Assembly (NCBI GenBank): GCA_002189035.1 | Contig: NEEC01000004.1 | Location: 2,728,001-2,792,000 of the forward strand | DNA: 64,000 nucleotides | DNA from: Utricularia gibba | Lineage: Eukaryota; Plantae; Magnoliophyta | Direction of reading: 5' to 3' | Shown here: positions 52,821 to 64,000 of the stretch, piece by piece | Layout of the letters: the number at the start of each line of letters is the position of its first letter | How positions within the stretch are numbered: position 1 is the stretch's first letter | Made by a program: the position numbers and the translations under genes | The notes under the pieces: generated by a model | The model's database searches: none | What the model saw: the letters and a program-made list of their open reading frames with translations, nothing else | What the model was told of the DNA's origin: nothing

Positions 52821-54237
52821 AAATGAAAATTGCAAGTATTCAATATTCTTCTACTCTTCCTTTAAAATGATATGTTTTATATTTAAATATAATATACAAT
52901 TATCACCGAAGCATGCATTATTAGCTCAACAAAGGCCCAAACATAATTGACTACTTTCGAATCCACATCGTTCCTTCTTGTTCTTCATCTAAGAGGACTT
53001 CTGCCATGGCTTTCCTCACTGCTAAGTGAATACCACAAAAACAAAAACACGGAAATATTAAACCAGAGAATTAAAATAGAAATGAATCGAGATGTATCAA
53101 AAAATCGCAAGTGCTGGACAACTATATTTTAAGGAAAACTGTTAAAACAGAGAAAATGGATGAAAATTTATGGCGTTACTTTAAGGAAAACTGTTAAAAT
53201 CAATTGGAAGAAAACGAGAAAATCCGTTACTTTATGGCGTTTCAATCCAACAGAAACGAGAAAATCGAGGTTTTTTCCCATCCAAAGGGTTGTCGGAGCT
53301 GCAAGTCGAGATCGAGGTCCTTCTAATCAATTGAACAGCAGCTAGCGAGAGGATCTCGTTTAGTCGGCGCTCTCGATTTGGTGGACACTTTACCATCGAT
53401 TCCGTTCATGCTTCGACTCGCGTCGGCGGCCATGCAACATAGTTATAAATTTATCATCATACTCAACCAAATTTTGAAATAGAGACAAATTTTAGAACAT
53501 CAAACCCGATAAAATTCCAAAAAAGAAAAAAAGAAATCAAACTTTGAAATACAAATTAAAAAATCACTTGAGATAACATCATCTTAATATGATATTAAAA
53601 AAACATAAAATTATAATACACCACTTAAGATGTCCAATCACAACTTTCTTCCTTTCATTATATTCAGTATTTAAAATCCTAGTTTTTTATTCTTTATCTT
53701 TTAAATTTCGTAAACGTACTACGATATATGATTTTTCTTATTACATCCAAAACCTATGTAATAACACATGAATGTTCCTTTCCATGTGGTGGATTTCTTT
53801 TGTATGATTTTGTGACAAGGTTGTCTTATTCTAGAAAAGAAAAAGAAAGAAATGTGGTAGGGGCGTTTTCTTTTCCTTTCGTTATCCGAAAGAGGAGAAA
53901 TCAAAGTCAGAATCGATTTTCAGGTTCTCTTTCTGGAAAACAAAAAAAATGGATCATTCAACGTTTGCTGCAGAAATTGGTTCCTTTGAAGAGGAAAACT
54001 ACAAGGTAATAATTATGTGTTATACGAGAATGTCGGCAAAAGCTGCGTAGAAGCGACGGGTGGCCAGGCGTTGGTCGACACCGCTGCTCTTGTATTTATG
54101 TTTATCCGGAATTGGGTGGCATATGAGTCATTGCACTCCGCCAGTGTGAAGTCTCGGACTCTTCCATTGACTTGTCTGCTTGGCATGCTATATACAATGG
54201 AGTAAAGAGGTGCTCCCACTTCGCTTCTGAAAAACGA

Positions 54238-55299
54238 ATGGGCGGAGGAAGGAGTCCTTGTTGCGACAAGACCAGAGTGAAGACCGGGCCGTGGAGCGCC
54301 GCCGAAGACGCTCGCCTCGTCGCCTTCATTCGCGAACACGGTCATACCAACTGGCGCGCGCTCCCTAAACAAGCAGGTAAACCTTCTTCCTTTTCGAGCT
54401 TCTACGGTCGTCGGTGTGTCCACTAGAAATAAGAAAAAAAAAGAAAAAGTTTGACCCGTATTTTAATAAATTAAAATTAAGGTGGCAATAAGTGATCTTG
54501 GTGTTGCCTCTGATAACGATGATACGGATTTTTTTTTTTTATTTTTGTTGAACTTGCTGGTAATTTTTTACAGGGCTACTGCGATGTGGTAAAAGCTGTA
54601 GATTAAGATGGATAAATTACCTTCGGCCCGATGTGAAGAGAGGAAACTTCACTCCGCAGGAAGAAAAAACAATCATTGAGCTACACAACTCTCTAGGCAA
54701 CAAGTACTTACTGATCAACACTTTCTATTTATTACATTAAAAAAAAACAAATAAAGAGCCCTGAGTTCTTATGGTTTACTTTGTATGTTGGTAGATGGTC
54801 GAAAATCGCATCGCATTTACCCGGGAGAACTGACAACGAGATCAAGAATGTGTGGAACACTCACTTAAAGAAGAAGAAGGCCATAGCTTTTGGAAAGGAG
54901 CACTACTTCTCCTCCTATTCTTCTTCATCGTCATCGTCTTGTGTTGATGTATCCGAGAATGGTGGACTGATCCAACCCACTGGAGAAAGGGATGGCGAGA
55001 AGTCAAAGTTTATGACCATAACACGTGCGCCAAGTGAAGAGGCCACTACTGCATCATGTTCGACGTCGTCTCCTTCACGCGTGTCCGTGTCCGTGTCCGT
55101 GTCCCATTGGCCGTCAGAAGCGAAGATGGATGAGGACATATGGGCGGTGCTGGATCCCATGGATACGGGCTCGTCATCGTGTAAAGATGATGAGCTGAAA
55201 AGGTGGATGGCGTTCTTTGAGTGCGAGCTTTTAATGGAAGGGGATGGAGATGAGTGGCTGAGAGACAGTCAAGCAGCTCCCTTGTGCCCTCTTTCTTGA
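54238..55299 (+). CDS. R2R3-MYB transcription factor, MYB58/MYB63-like; exons 54238-54376, 54574-54703 and 54795-55299; 257 aa
   Basis: [116 protein letters not shown]. Canonical R2R3-MYB intron positions, a 130-nt exon 2, and C-terminal [11 protein letters not shown]. The clade call is from recalled similarity. Confidence 0.93.
55081..55104 (+). repeat. Coding hexanucleotide microsatellite (GTGTCC)4 encoding VSVSVSVS
   Basis: Seen directly in MYB exon 3. Confidence 0.9.
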
Positions 55300-56865
55300 C
55301 TCTTGACAAGTAGCGGTTGTTTTTGTTTTTCTTTGGACCACGAGAAGCAAATGTGTGTGGAATCTGAAAACAGTCTTCAACTTAACATGTGTTTTTTTCA
55401 TACTTAATGATAATAATTATTTTATTCACGTACCTATTAGTGATCTAGTCGAAAAAACCGATATTTGATTATTATTAATTCGCATTGCAGCATGAGCAAT
55501 AAAACAGTGAAACACATTTTTTTTTTTTAACGTGAAAAAAAAACAAAGAATTCAAAGGGAAACTATTACTATTCAAAAATGCCATCTTTGGCCCAATGTA
55601 GCCCAATTCATTCCGCAGAAGGGGTAAAAATGTAGGTTGGAATTGGCTGAAGGGGATGAACTTAGTGTCAAGCTTTAATGCTTTGATGAACAGCGTTTTA
55701 AAAATGAGGGACTTGGTGACCAAAAAAGGGATACCCAATGACAGGGGACACTTAATACCAAGTGTGAAGATCAGAATCGAGTGTGGTGGGTGGTGGGTGA
55801 GGAAGGTCAGGACCAAGTGTGGTAGTTGAGCACGATCGAAGGCTCGTCACCGAATGTGATGCGAGCTCCATCTTTGAACCATGGAGGAACGAGCCTCGCC
55901 ACCCCTTGAACCGCAGTAGCGCATTCATTGAGAGCTATTCCTCCACGTGGCAAATTTTGGGTTAGACAAAACCTGAACTTTGTTGGATTAGTATACTTAA
56001 ATTATTTGAGTTCAAAAAAAATCCAAATATGTAAGTATAAAAATAACTATCTCCCCTTTCGATATACATATACTCATATATGAGAGTAACATGTAGATAT
56101 ACTTATATCACATGATCAATATACCCATATGATTGATATAATTATATCTATATATCAGACAACATAATTTTATTAAATCTATTATGAACCAACCTTATAT
56201 TTTCATATTAAATAAGACCCAAAAAATACTTCTTTTTGATGAAGATCTAAAGCAAAAAAATATCTAAAAAAATTTCTCTAAATAAAAGATTGTGAAAGAT
56301 ATTACCTTTGAAGAAAAGACATGAGTACGTGATGCCTGGAAAACACTATTAGAATAACAAAAACTTAAGAATCAATTATTTGGATTAGAGCACCCGAGAT
56401 CAATCTCTAATGTATCTAAGACCTACAGAGTACTGTAAGTACCTCCCAGGAGACATAAGACAAGAACCTGAACATCACATAGTATGTGTTTGATTGGCAA
56501 TCAGATGCACTCTGAAGAGCAAGCAAATGATGAATGCCCGGCAAGACGTATCATCACTATAATAAGGATTCATGTCCAACTAACCACTTTTTATGACATT
56601 CCTGATGGACCAATAAGAGAGATGATGATCAAGGATCACCACGTTTAATAAGTAGGATAAACAAGTCGAGTGAAACAAGAAAAACTCTTCAAATTATGTG
56701 CACCATATTTAGCATGAGATTTCTTTCTAATATATAAGAAAATGGTATAATCAAAAAAATCTTCATCCATAAATACCTATAAATGTAAAAGACAACCATC
56801 ATATCCAAGACGGCATCCACCACCGAAACAATTCTTCCTCAAAAAGCCTTATCTTAGATCTTAAT

Positions 56866-57076
56866 CAGTGTTCTGAAAAATTTTTGAAATCCGTTTTTAC
56901 TTTTCAAAATTATTTTAGAAAAGTAAAAATAACCAATTTATTACTTTTTCAAAAATAACTTTTATAGTATAATTGTTTTTGATAGAATTACTTTTATAAT
57001 TAAAAATATTTTAGAACAAAACTATTTTTATTTTTGAAAAGTAAAATTAGGTTTTAAAAATTTTTCAAAACACTCC
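56866..57076. mobile_element. Tourist-like (PIF-derived) MITE
   Basis: TIR-like ends tcagtgttctgaaaa ... ttttcaaaacactcc, with TAA/TTA-like flanks. Confidence 0.55.
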
Positions 57077-58699
57077 TTTAATTTCATCTAAGCTCTAGAA
57101 AACTTCATGGGAATTATTATTCTCATGAAGTTGTCTTGGCACTTGAGTTCTTCTCTTTCTCATTAAAAAATCTTTATATCTTTTACTGTTTACTAATTAT
57201 ATGAATCTAAAATTTGAAGTTGATCTAAATCAATCATACAAAACAAAATTTTTGACATAATTAAAATGTAATACTAAATTTAATTGAGGATGTTACTTGC
57301 ACATGAGTACAGGATGTAGGGTGATGGGATTCACTTGAAATGTAGGATTAAATTTCAATAAAGTCAAGTATTTTAGTCGAGTAGAGCAGAATGTCAACAA
57401 GTAAAAAGAAGTGTGGTGTAGATGAGTGGGTACAAAAAATGAAAAAAATGAGATATTTATAATGAGTTTGATCTCTTTATTTATAAACATCCTATTAAAC
57501 TTTTATTTTTTCATCATTCTATTAACTTTTTTGGTATTTTCAGCCTCATTTCATCAATATTCTATTTTTCTTCTAAAAATCTAGTAATTCTTTCACCAAA
57601 TACCTCACGGTCTCATGAAGGATTGGGAAGCTTTAGTTTAATGAAAGCTCATCGATCTTTTTCCGCAATGTTTTCATAATTTTGGTGTCCATAAGTTATA
57701 GTATGACAAGAATTCAAATGTAGCAACCCTATACAAAATTCTGAGAGCTTGGAAGTTATCACTTACATAATCCAACTTAGGATGGCGAAAATAGCTCAAT
57801 ATCACGTCTATTTCCTAATTACTCTAAAATTTTTGATAACTTTACATGGGACCAAATGGAGCATGACATAAACAAAAATACCTGAATTCATATAATGCCA
57901 CGTCCTTCACTTTCTTAAATCATTTGAAATATACAATTTTCCATTACTAAGATGCACTCTTCTAACATTCACTTTAATGAGAAATAAGTCAGCATTCTGT
58001 ATAGTTATGTATTACTATTTGAAGGGATTGTTCAATGTCATTAATTCAATAGATTTTAAATAAGATAACATAATCAAAAAAAATGCAATGGGAAAAGAAG
58101 AAATAGTCAAAGGGATTTGGAAAGAGATCAAGAAAAAGAGACCGTAACATAAAGAAATAAATCTAAAATAAAAAGAATGCCTTTGAATATTGATTTTGTT
58201 CCACTGTACTCTTATCCTCACGTTAGTTCTCACTAGTTTCCTTGGTATAAACAATTATATGAATGAATTATCTATATTTCCTGACATTCTCATATAAGAA
58301 AATAAGAAAATTGTCTCATGTTTACCTTCATAATGATCAAATATACTTGTCTCAATTAATATCATGACGGAATTTTTCATGTATGTCTAAATGTATATTC
58401 TGGAAATTTTGGAAGAACATAGAGGGGTTCAGTTCAACTATTTCACAAAAAGGTATATTCATTATTTCATCATCTCTAATTTATAGAATAGAGAGGCAAT
58501 TCTTACATTGGTTATAGAAAGGAAAAAAACTGATTTTATGCAGATATTATGGAGTTCTCTTCTCATTTGTTGTTTTCCTACATCATTTTTAGAATTAATA
58601 TTTGGGCAAGTTTGTCATCTCCCAATATTGCGTGAGTGTTGCACACTTCCAACTATAGTTCTTCATCTACAGTAGGTTAATTTATGCAAAGTAAGGTCT

Positions 58700-59100
58700 T
58701 CTCATCAGAATCTAACATTCCTCCTTGATGAGAAATGCTACCCTCCTCCTCAGTTTCAGGTTTTCTTTGGAGTTCTTAAAGTCCCATGCTGTCTCCATGT
58801 TACTGAAGCTTTTGAGGTAGAGAAATTTAGTGATTACATTAATAGCTTGTAATTCTAAAAGTACGTGATGTCACATTAATGTGCTTCCATCTTCTGAAAG
58901 GTGTAGCATTTTTAGCCATATGACTTGATGACTTGTTGTCTATTTTGATGGTTATGGGTCTAGCTGTTGGCATTTTAAGATCATTAGGATCTTTAGGATC
59001 TATACCACATGATTTGAGGCTGCTGCACATGCCATATACTCCATCCTTGATGATAATTGCACAACCACTTCTCTTTTCTTATTGTTCCATACAAATGCTG
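58700..59100 (-). mobile_element. Ty1/Copia RNase H remnant
   Basis: PITIKIDNKSSSHMAKNATPFRRWKHINV resembles the Copia [21 protein letters not shown] motif. Confidence 0.65.
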
Positions 59101-59165
59101 TTCCACCTAGTGTTAATATGTATTCTTATTGTTGGTGAAAATCGGATCTAGTCCTCCATCAATCC

Positions 59166-59574
59166 TGATGTGACCCTCTAATCTATGGAGATTAGTAACC
59201 CACGAACAAGAGATGATTTTGAAGCTTAGAAAGGAACCCACCCAAATCTATCCTCAAGAAAATGAATCTCTTGCAACCAGACTTTGGAAGAAAGAAAATT
59301 AGAAGCCACACTTCAGAAAGGAGAAGGAATTGGAAGTGATAATTCTAGGACGCCACAAGCTCGAAACTTGATAAGTCAAGAGTGTTCAAGCACTCAAAGA
59401 AGAGGAGAATCTTCACAAGATACATGAAAAATGAACTAAAGGTCCTCCACATAGTACATCTCTAAGGTATTTATACCATAGAATTGGGCTCTAACATTAC
59501 AAAGCCCAAGCTAACAAAAGAAAGTCTAACGATTTGAATAAAACACATGAAAGATGGAGAGATGTTTTGGACTC
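59166..59574 (-). mobile_element. LTR fragment (family of 18628-19232), interrupted at 59575
   Basis: Reverse complement of ~18840-19232, including the ACATCA end. Confidence 0.75.
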
Positions 59575-60062
59575 TGATAAACGGAAATTTTCCTAGTGTC
59601 GTTGCAAAAATTGAAAATTCGTTATCAAATAAATTTATAAGCCCTAATCTACACAAAATACAAATTTAGAAAACTTGTATAGTGGATGTCGGGGTTGATC
59701 ACGAAGAGCTTGTGCTTGCTACGTGTTTTAGTAAATGCATAACTCGAGATCACAGGAAATCTTAGTCTAGGCTCGGACCAATAGTGGTAAACAGATTCAG
59801 TAAACAAGATCAGGTTTTAGTGCGAAAAGTAACAGGTACTGGTTTTGACTCAGAATAATACTAACGTGCCTTAAGGATTTGCAGGTGGTGTGGTGCCAAA
59901 ATTCCTAGTTTAATCTACCATATTACTACACTCACAACTTCAAATAACCTAAGTCTACCTAGGTTATTCACCATATTTCCGGCTAAGCTAGTACTCCATA
60001 TCATCACCAACCTTACAATTAGGTCTACCCGAATGCAAAATTCCTAGTGATTTGTTGGTCTA
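59575..60062 (-). mobile_element. LTR fragment (family of 38600-39615), interrupted at 60063
   Basis: Reverse complement of the 3' part of 38600-39615, ending TTTATCA. Confidence 0.7.
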
Positions 60063-63000
60063 TGTTATGGGTAAAATCGGTATCCGGTGGGAGGCCGATT
60101 TAAGGTGACAGGTGCGATCGTGAATGTTGCACTTAGTTGCGTTTTTCACGGTTGGTTCAATTGAAGTAAAAATGAGCAAAGATTTTTACGTGGAAACCGC
60201 CGGAAAGCAGAAAAACCATGGAGTTACCGGAGCTCGTCGAAAAAGGTTTTCACTCAACAGAGATGGTGAAGAAGAGAATACAAGTTGAAGAATTTTCTGT
60301 GTTCATCATAATTCCTTCTATTTATAGGAGAGCTCAATCTGACCGAACCCTGACATCTGCAAATACCGGTTGCTTTCTGCAACTGCTATACGATCTTGCT
60401 TTTCAGATATCGGCCGCCTGTTATACCGTAATTCGGCCGCTTTCCAAATTGTGTCATATGGCCATATCTGTCATATTTCTGATAGATATCGGTCTGTCGA
60501 CTAGCATTACCCCCTCAGAGTCCCCTTTTGTCTGCCTTTTAGGAGCCAATTATCCTTGACCGATTTATCCCCTATCATTCAACCCCTCTGATTTGCCGAT
60601 ATTGGCCCTTCCAAGGTAAGTCGGGGAATCAGAATCACTATAATGCCGACTTTTGGGATGCCGCTTTCCATGCATGAGCCATAAACTGCTTTGTACCGAT
60701 ATCTCTGCCACGCGTCGGCTCGTAAATATGCCACGTTTTTTCCCGCCTATCCGGGGTACCTCAAACGTCGCGTCACTTCGTCTCCTGAGTCCTTCCATTA
60801 TAAATATCCGCACCCCTTGTCATTTCTCCTCTTTGCTTTCTTCGTTCGCTTTCGAGATTCCAGCGCTCTCTGAACTCTGCCGTGCTTGCCGCCGTGTTAT
60901 CCATCGGAGATTACAGATTTTCCAGGTATCCACTCCTTCTCTGTAACTTTTTGCATCCCTACGGTTGCTTAACTCCCTCTTAGGTCTTTGGGAATTTTTC
61001 ACGGGTAGCTATCGCCTTTCTGAGTCGTTTACCCTCTTTAACTTCCGCCTTGTTCTGGGGTTTGAGGCTTCTTTCGATTTTTCGAAAATGGGTAGGAGAT
61101 CTAGTGAACTTAATATCCCCTCTCTTCGCATTCGGTACTCGATCCCTAATGAGTATCAACTTTCTCCTGCTCGGAATGTCGAAATCCCTTGGGGGATAGG
61201 CGAGGACCCCCTGCCTCCATTCAGTCTTCCGATTTCGCTTGCCTATTTCGAGAGTGGTTTACGCTTCCCACTCCATCCTTTAATAGTCCGCTTTCTCTAC
61301 ACCTTTGCGATTCCACTTTATTGCCTCACCCCGAATTCCATATTCTACTTCACTACCTTCCTCTTCTATTCGGCCGGTATGGATCCGATTATGACTGGTA
61401 GATTTCCTCCATCTCTTCAAGGTTTCCGTGCGTAAAGCGAAGTCCCCGATGGATGGTCGATCTCATTTTCAATTCCGTCGATTCGAAGATAACCCCAACT
61501 TTGTTGTTAAAGCCCCCGATACCCACCATGATTGGTGGTCTTCTTTCGTTTGGGTAGCTCCCCCTTTGGGTTTTCGGTGGAACTTCCCAGTCGATCCCCT
61601 AACTCCTTTCAGGATCAAGATCTTTGGTGCGTATCGGTCTTCTTCCGAGTCTCGTGAAGTCCTTTATGAGAGGCTTAGTCGAGGCTTAGTTCGGTATCAA
61701 GACCTCCATTAGCTCGATATCATTCCTTTCGACGGCATTGATTTGAGAAGCCTTCCTCTTAGCCCCTCTTCATCCTTCCCTCTTGTTTCGGCTTCACCTC
61801 CGATCCCCCCCACATGTTCAAACCGGGGCCCCCAAGAAAAAGAAGAGGGTTAAGGCAGTTGCGCACAAACCCTCAAAGAGGCAAAGAGGTAGTCGGGTTC
61901 AGCTTTCTCGGGTCTCAGAATCGGCACTATGCCTTATTGCTTTTCCTACTTTCGTTTTCAGCTAAAGAGATGGCTCGAAGAAGCTCCCTGGAAGATTCGG
62001 TGATGGCACGGTTCTCTGCTGAGATGCAGAGGATGCAGGAACCCGAGTAGCCCTCCCCTGCACCAGTCTGTCTTCTATTTAACAGTTACCGCGAATTCCC
62101 GAATATAACCTTTTTTCGGTTTTTCTTTCAAGCTGATACGATTGGAGCTCAGCTGGACGCCGCCGATCCTTCCTCAGGGGAAGATCAAGTAGTAGAAGTC
62201 TCCGAGATCCGAGAGTTGACTCCCCGTCCTTCAGCCAGAAAAGGGAAAGAGAAACTTCCTCCATCACTCGATCTCAGCGATACTCCCATTCCTGATGCAA
62301 GATTCTTTTCGACTGGTGCTTCAACATCGGCTCCCCCAATCGAGTTACAGAGGGATTCTGCCCTCGTAGAAGTAAGGGACAACCCGGTGCTTCCTCTACC
62401 CTGAGTTCTAGCTGAACTAAGGAGAATCCTTGATGGAGCTATGTCTAGTACCTCGGATGTTCGGCCGGAGACGGTAGTTGAAGGGATCTGGCAGGTACGT
62501 ATCCCGCTTCCTCTTCTAAATTCTAAGTATTCGGTCCTTGACTTAGAATATTCTTTCAGGCTCTGACTCTTGCGTGGGGAATGGTTAGAGAGATTGGTTC
62601 TCAATCGGAGGCAGTCTCTCGGCTTCAAGCCCAAGTTGTGGCTCAGAACGCCCAGATAAAGTTGTTGGAGTAGGAGGGGAGTTCGCTGAAGACCGTTTTA
62701 GGGAAACGCAACCGCCAAGAGGAAGAATTACGGAATGTGATCGAGGAAATGGGAAATGCGGTTGACAACGCTAAATCAGAGAGAGAGGGCTTCAAAGTCC
62801 GATTTGAAGAGGCAGAAGCGGAGTTAGAGCATGCGAGGGGCCGCATTTCAGCTCTGGAGGCCGAATTACTTGATCGACAAGCATCTCAGTAGGGTCTTCT
62901 GGATGACTTTGTCAACTTGGCCTGTTTTGCCGAAATCTCCGATATCTATGTAGGAGACTTAATCGGCTTACTTCTATACCGTTATAGACGACAGTTCAGC

Positions 63001-64000
63001 CGAGAATTCGGGCTTTCAATCATGGATCCGCGCTTCGACAGGATAAACCCCTTGACGAAAGATGAGAACATGCTTGATGTTATCACAGATACTTTCCAGG
63101 CCCCGGAGTTTGGGTTCGAAGCTGATCGGGAGCGGCTGATCGCACTGATTCGGACGAGGATTGGGAGAGAGAATGACATCAAGTTGAGAGCCAGGATGGA
63201 GCGACATACCGGTTCCTCTGTCAACCCTCCCGTTAATCCCCCATCTCCTCCTGCACTTTAGTGACCTTTTTAGCTTGGTGTATTTTCCCCCTGCTGTGGG
63301 GCTTCTTGAACATTTTTGATATCCCGGTTCGGGATTTCCTTCTAATTTACTCCATTTTTTGTGCCTCATTTTTGCCTTTGATGATATCATATTTCGGGGG
63401 AAGCCCTGAGTTGGTTTGTTATGTCTACTACGTGCCTAGACTTGGGAGGTTCGCCTATGCTTTTGTGATCCGAGGGTGGGTGTCTCTTTGTCAACCCTTT
63501 GGTTGGGCCTTTTCATTTTAGTTTGCCTTAGTATTTCCTTATGCGAGCTGAACCGCTGCTAGGGAAGTAGGTCGGAACCCCTCATGGGTTGAGCGACTTC
63601 CCCAATCCGAAAGGGCCCTCTTTTGGCCACACCCCATTGTTTTGAGCATGGGGGGATTCGCTTCGGGTGCTCTTGCCGCCTCAAGATTTCGACAATAAGG
63701 TCAATACTTAAGGGCTTTTTGGGGCTTACGCGTGCGGTTCATATAAACCGGTGCCTGAATTGTCCCAGGGCTTATTCTTGTTACTGACGCCTGGGTTTTG
63801 GGGATCACATATATATATCGGGGGAGACCCCGAGTTGGTTTGCTGTATCCCGCAGGGGATGCAGATTTTGGAGATTCGCCTGGGCTTACGTTACTTGGCC
63901 AAAGCTTGTGATTAGATCTCTGAGGGTCTGCCTGGACTTACGCGACTCGGCCAGGGCTTACGGTTTCGTTTACCCATCTCCACTTTGGAGGAATTTATAG
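60063..64000 (-). mobile_element. Second Tat/Retand copy: 3' LTR (60063-60577), PPT (~60581-60590) and 3' internal region; continues beyond the window
   Basis: The LTR is the reverse-complement homolog of 25665-26191. PPT CAGAGGGG is present. The internal region is colinear with 29950-31830. Confidence 0.9.
61088..63261 (+). pseudogene. Antisense accessory gene of the Tat element, apparently spliced, with frameshifts and stops in this copy
   Basis: MGRRSSELNIPSLRIRYSIP..LPISLAYFESGLRFPLHPL..HDWWSSFVWV..KKKKRVK..(intron)..TPRPSARKGKEK..EGIWQ|ALTLAW..EEELRNVIEEM..EAELEHARGRISALEAEL..PPSPPAL*. Confidence 0.7.

Noticed and set aside
61088-63261. Envelope (env-like) gene
   Set aside because: It is antisense to gag-pol and rich in basic and coiled-coil segments, unlike the sense-strand env-like ORFs of Athila/SIRE.
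1-64000. tRNA, rRNA or organellar (NUPT/NUMT) insertions
   Set aside because: No cloverleaf, rRNA or plastid/mitochondrial gene sequence recognised by eye; the only tRNA-related matches are retrotransposon PBSs. tRNAscan-SE or BLAST would be needed to exclude them fully.

Overview
Plant nuclear DNA, gene-sparse and rich in transposons. There are four host genes. (1) The first coding exon of a NAC1-like NAC transcription factor (minus strand; the gene continues off the left edge). (2) A 9-coding-exon NSA2 60S-biogenesis gene (10335-12215, +), which as written carries a 1-nt deletion in exon 3. (3) A multi-exon WDR75/UTP17 gene (12713-17900, -), tail-to-tail with NSA2. (4) A 3-exon MYB58/63-like R2R3-MYB (54238-55299, +). 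The rest is a layered TE landscape: two decayed MULE copies, a PIF/Harbinger remnant split by an Athila-like LTR element, and a complete but internally deleted Tat/Retand Gypsy element (25665-32366; 527-bp LTRs, AACAC TSD, tRNA-Lys PBS). A second copy of that family is cut by the right edge. Also present are two TSD-bounded solo LTRs, Copia and chromovirus remnants, nested LTRs and MITEs. The most interesting signal is that comparing the two Tat copies reconstructs an apparently spliced, antisense accessory gene carried by the retrotransposon. The same comparison shows several deletions in copy 1, some with junction microhomology, one of which leaves a purine tract from the antisense ORF in the PPT position. 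All calls are by eye, with no database searches run; TE remnant boundaries without TSDs are approximate.
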